Assembly (NCBI RefSeq): GCF_037042905.1 | Contig: NC_087245.1 | Coordinates: forward strand, 17,362,001-17,422,000 | Direction: 5' to 3' | DNA length: 60,000 bases | Origin: Lytechinus pictus | Lineage: Eukaryota | In this document: positions 58,901-60,000 of the stretch, piece after piece | Layout of the letters: every line of letters starts with the position of its first letter | Numbering within the stretch: the first letter of the stretch is position 1 | Notes under the pieces: generated by a model | Database searches by the model: none | What the model saw: only the letters and a program-made list of their open reading frames with translations | What the model was told of the DNA's origin: nothing | Translations under genes and position numbers: made by a program

Positions 58901-59343
58901 ACCATGGGTTCAAATGATGGTTTTAAAAACCACCTTTGTGAATTTGGGCCAATGGGTTTATTCTCAATTAAAGGGGTACTCCACATTGATAAAAAATTAA
59001 TCTACTTTATCTATTAGCCTTCATACTTTATTTGCAAGAGTTCATTGTTAGCTCCAATATTTATTTCAATATTTTAGAAATATATTTCACTTCAAACAAC
59101 ATAAATGTACATCTCGAAAAGAAAAAAGATATTTTATCTATCATACCTTGTTAGCTACTACAACAACATGACTTGGAGATGTGCAGTAGCGGTTCAATTC
59201 CTTCAACCAGAATTCTAGGTTGTCAAAGGAATGTCTGTTTGTCACATCAAACACCAAGAAACACGCCTGCGTATCACTGAATAATTCATTCCGTACTTCT
59301 TGGTAATCAGGATGGCCAGATATATCCCAAAGATGAACTCTTA
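55925..59343 (-). CDS. RJL-family (DNAJC27/Rbj-like) Ras-superfamily GTPase, 3' three coding exons: complement(join(55925-56024,56702-56772,59147-59343)); 5' exons outside the window
   Basis: Spliced frame RVHLWDISGHPDYQEVRNELFSDTQACFLVFDVT...VVANK|IDIKAKRVVQSDEAMRWATGKKVK|YYETSAFSGEGITRMFTDILQEVMTKSSLGTR*. G3 DxxGH followed by EVRNE is the RJL signature; G4 NKID, G5 ETSA; GT-AG junctions are in phase. Confidence 0.88.
56473..56672. mobile_element. piggyBac-like MITE in an intron of the RJL gene
   Basis: TTAA|CCCTAAATTACC ... GGTAAGTTAGGG|TTAA. Confidence 0.75.
57165..57746. mobile_element. Kolobok-like palindromic MITE (second family)
   Basis: TTAA|AGGAGAATGAAAC ... GTTTCATTCTCCT|TTAA; long internal inverted repeat at ~57270-57350 / 57565-57645. 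Confidence 0.88.
57908..58950. mobile_element. Harbinger-like MITE with its left arm amplified as four ~205-bp tandem copies
   Basis: Ends GGCCCAAA / TTTGGGCC; unit ACAAAGGTGGTTTT... starts at ~57923, 58131, 58338 and 58543; one inverted copy at ~58750-58950. Confidence 0.85.
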
Positions 59344-60000
59344 CTGTAAACAAAGAAAAACATATAACTTGAAGATGAACTATATGGCATCTAATAATTG
59401 CTAAGTTTTTTAAGGGATCTGTCCATTTGAAAGTTTTTTGTATATGATGCCACTCAAATGCTGAGAAAAATCTCCCTCAAATCTCACTGCAAAACACTAA
59501 CAAACTTACAGCAAATTACAAATTAACATTAACACTAAACAGATTGCATAGTAAGTGTATTGACCTTTCTTCGATCTGCTATCATTAACTTTATCTACAT
59601 GTAGGCCTACATGATGTACTATTCAAAATTTCAAATTTTATTAGTTTACTCCTGTGGCAAGCAAAAAAGTTATAGTGTTATAAATGTATCACCATGTATG
59701 GCTAGTCTTTTTAGAAGACACCCTCAGACTTCAAATAAGCCTCATCAATTCAGTAATACTGTGTTGAAAAAGAAAAAAATACTTACAATCAACATTAGAT
59801 ATATTCTGTATTTTAAAGCCATAGTCAACTCCAACTGTTGGCTGGTAACCATGAGAAAACTGTTCAAAGAAACATAAAGGAGATGTTTAAAATTTAAACG
59901 AACTTAAAAAAAGATATATTGCTACATGAATTTGTATAATTTATACAAAGTGGAATGCCAGTGTCCAGATATAATAGTCAACTTAATTGTCTACTTTTCT

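Overview
AT-rich animal genomic DNA with spliceosomal introns. The repeat types suggest a marine invertebrate deuterostome such as a sea urchin (inference). The main locus is a complete + strand NR4A (Nur77/Nurr1/HR38) orphan nuclear receptor gene. It has seven in-frame coding exons at 25883-31878, giving about 714 aa from the proximal ATG. The ~19 kb upstream holds several CRE-bearing promoter-like islands, and at least two extra ATG-initiated exons there end in phase-1 donors compatible with the shared exon at 26856, suggesting alternative N-termini. At least 12 perfect TGACGTCA sites lie across the locus, two inside coding sequence. Downstream are a decayed L2/CR1-type LINE (~40.6-44.2 kb), an intact-looking 7SL (SRP) RNA gene followed by a perfect extragenic B-box, and the 3' three coding exons of a minus-strand RJL/DNAJC27-like GTPase that appears to lack the J domain. 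The rest is dense with nested non-autonomous transposons (Kolobok-, Harbinger-, Tc1/mariner-, piggyBac-, foldback/MULE- and Helentron-like) and tRNA-derived SINEs whose tails resemble the LINE 3' end. All calls were made by eye; no database searches were run.
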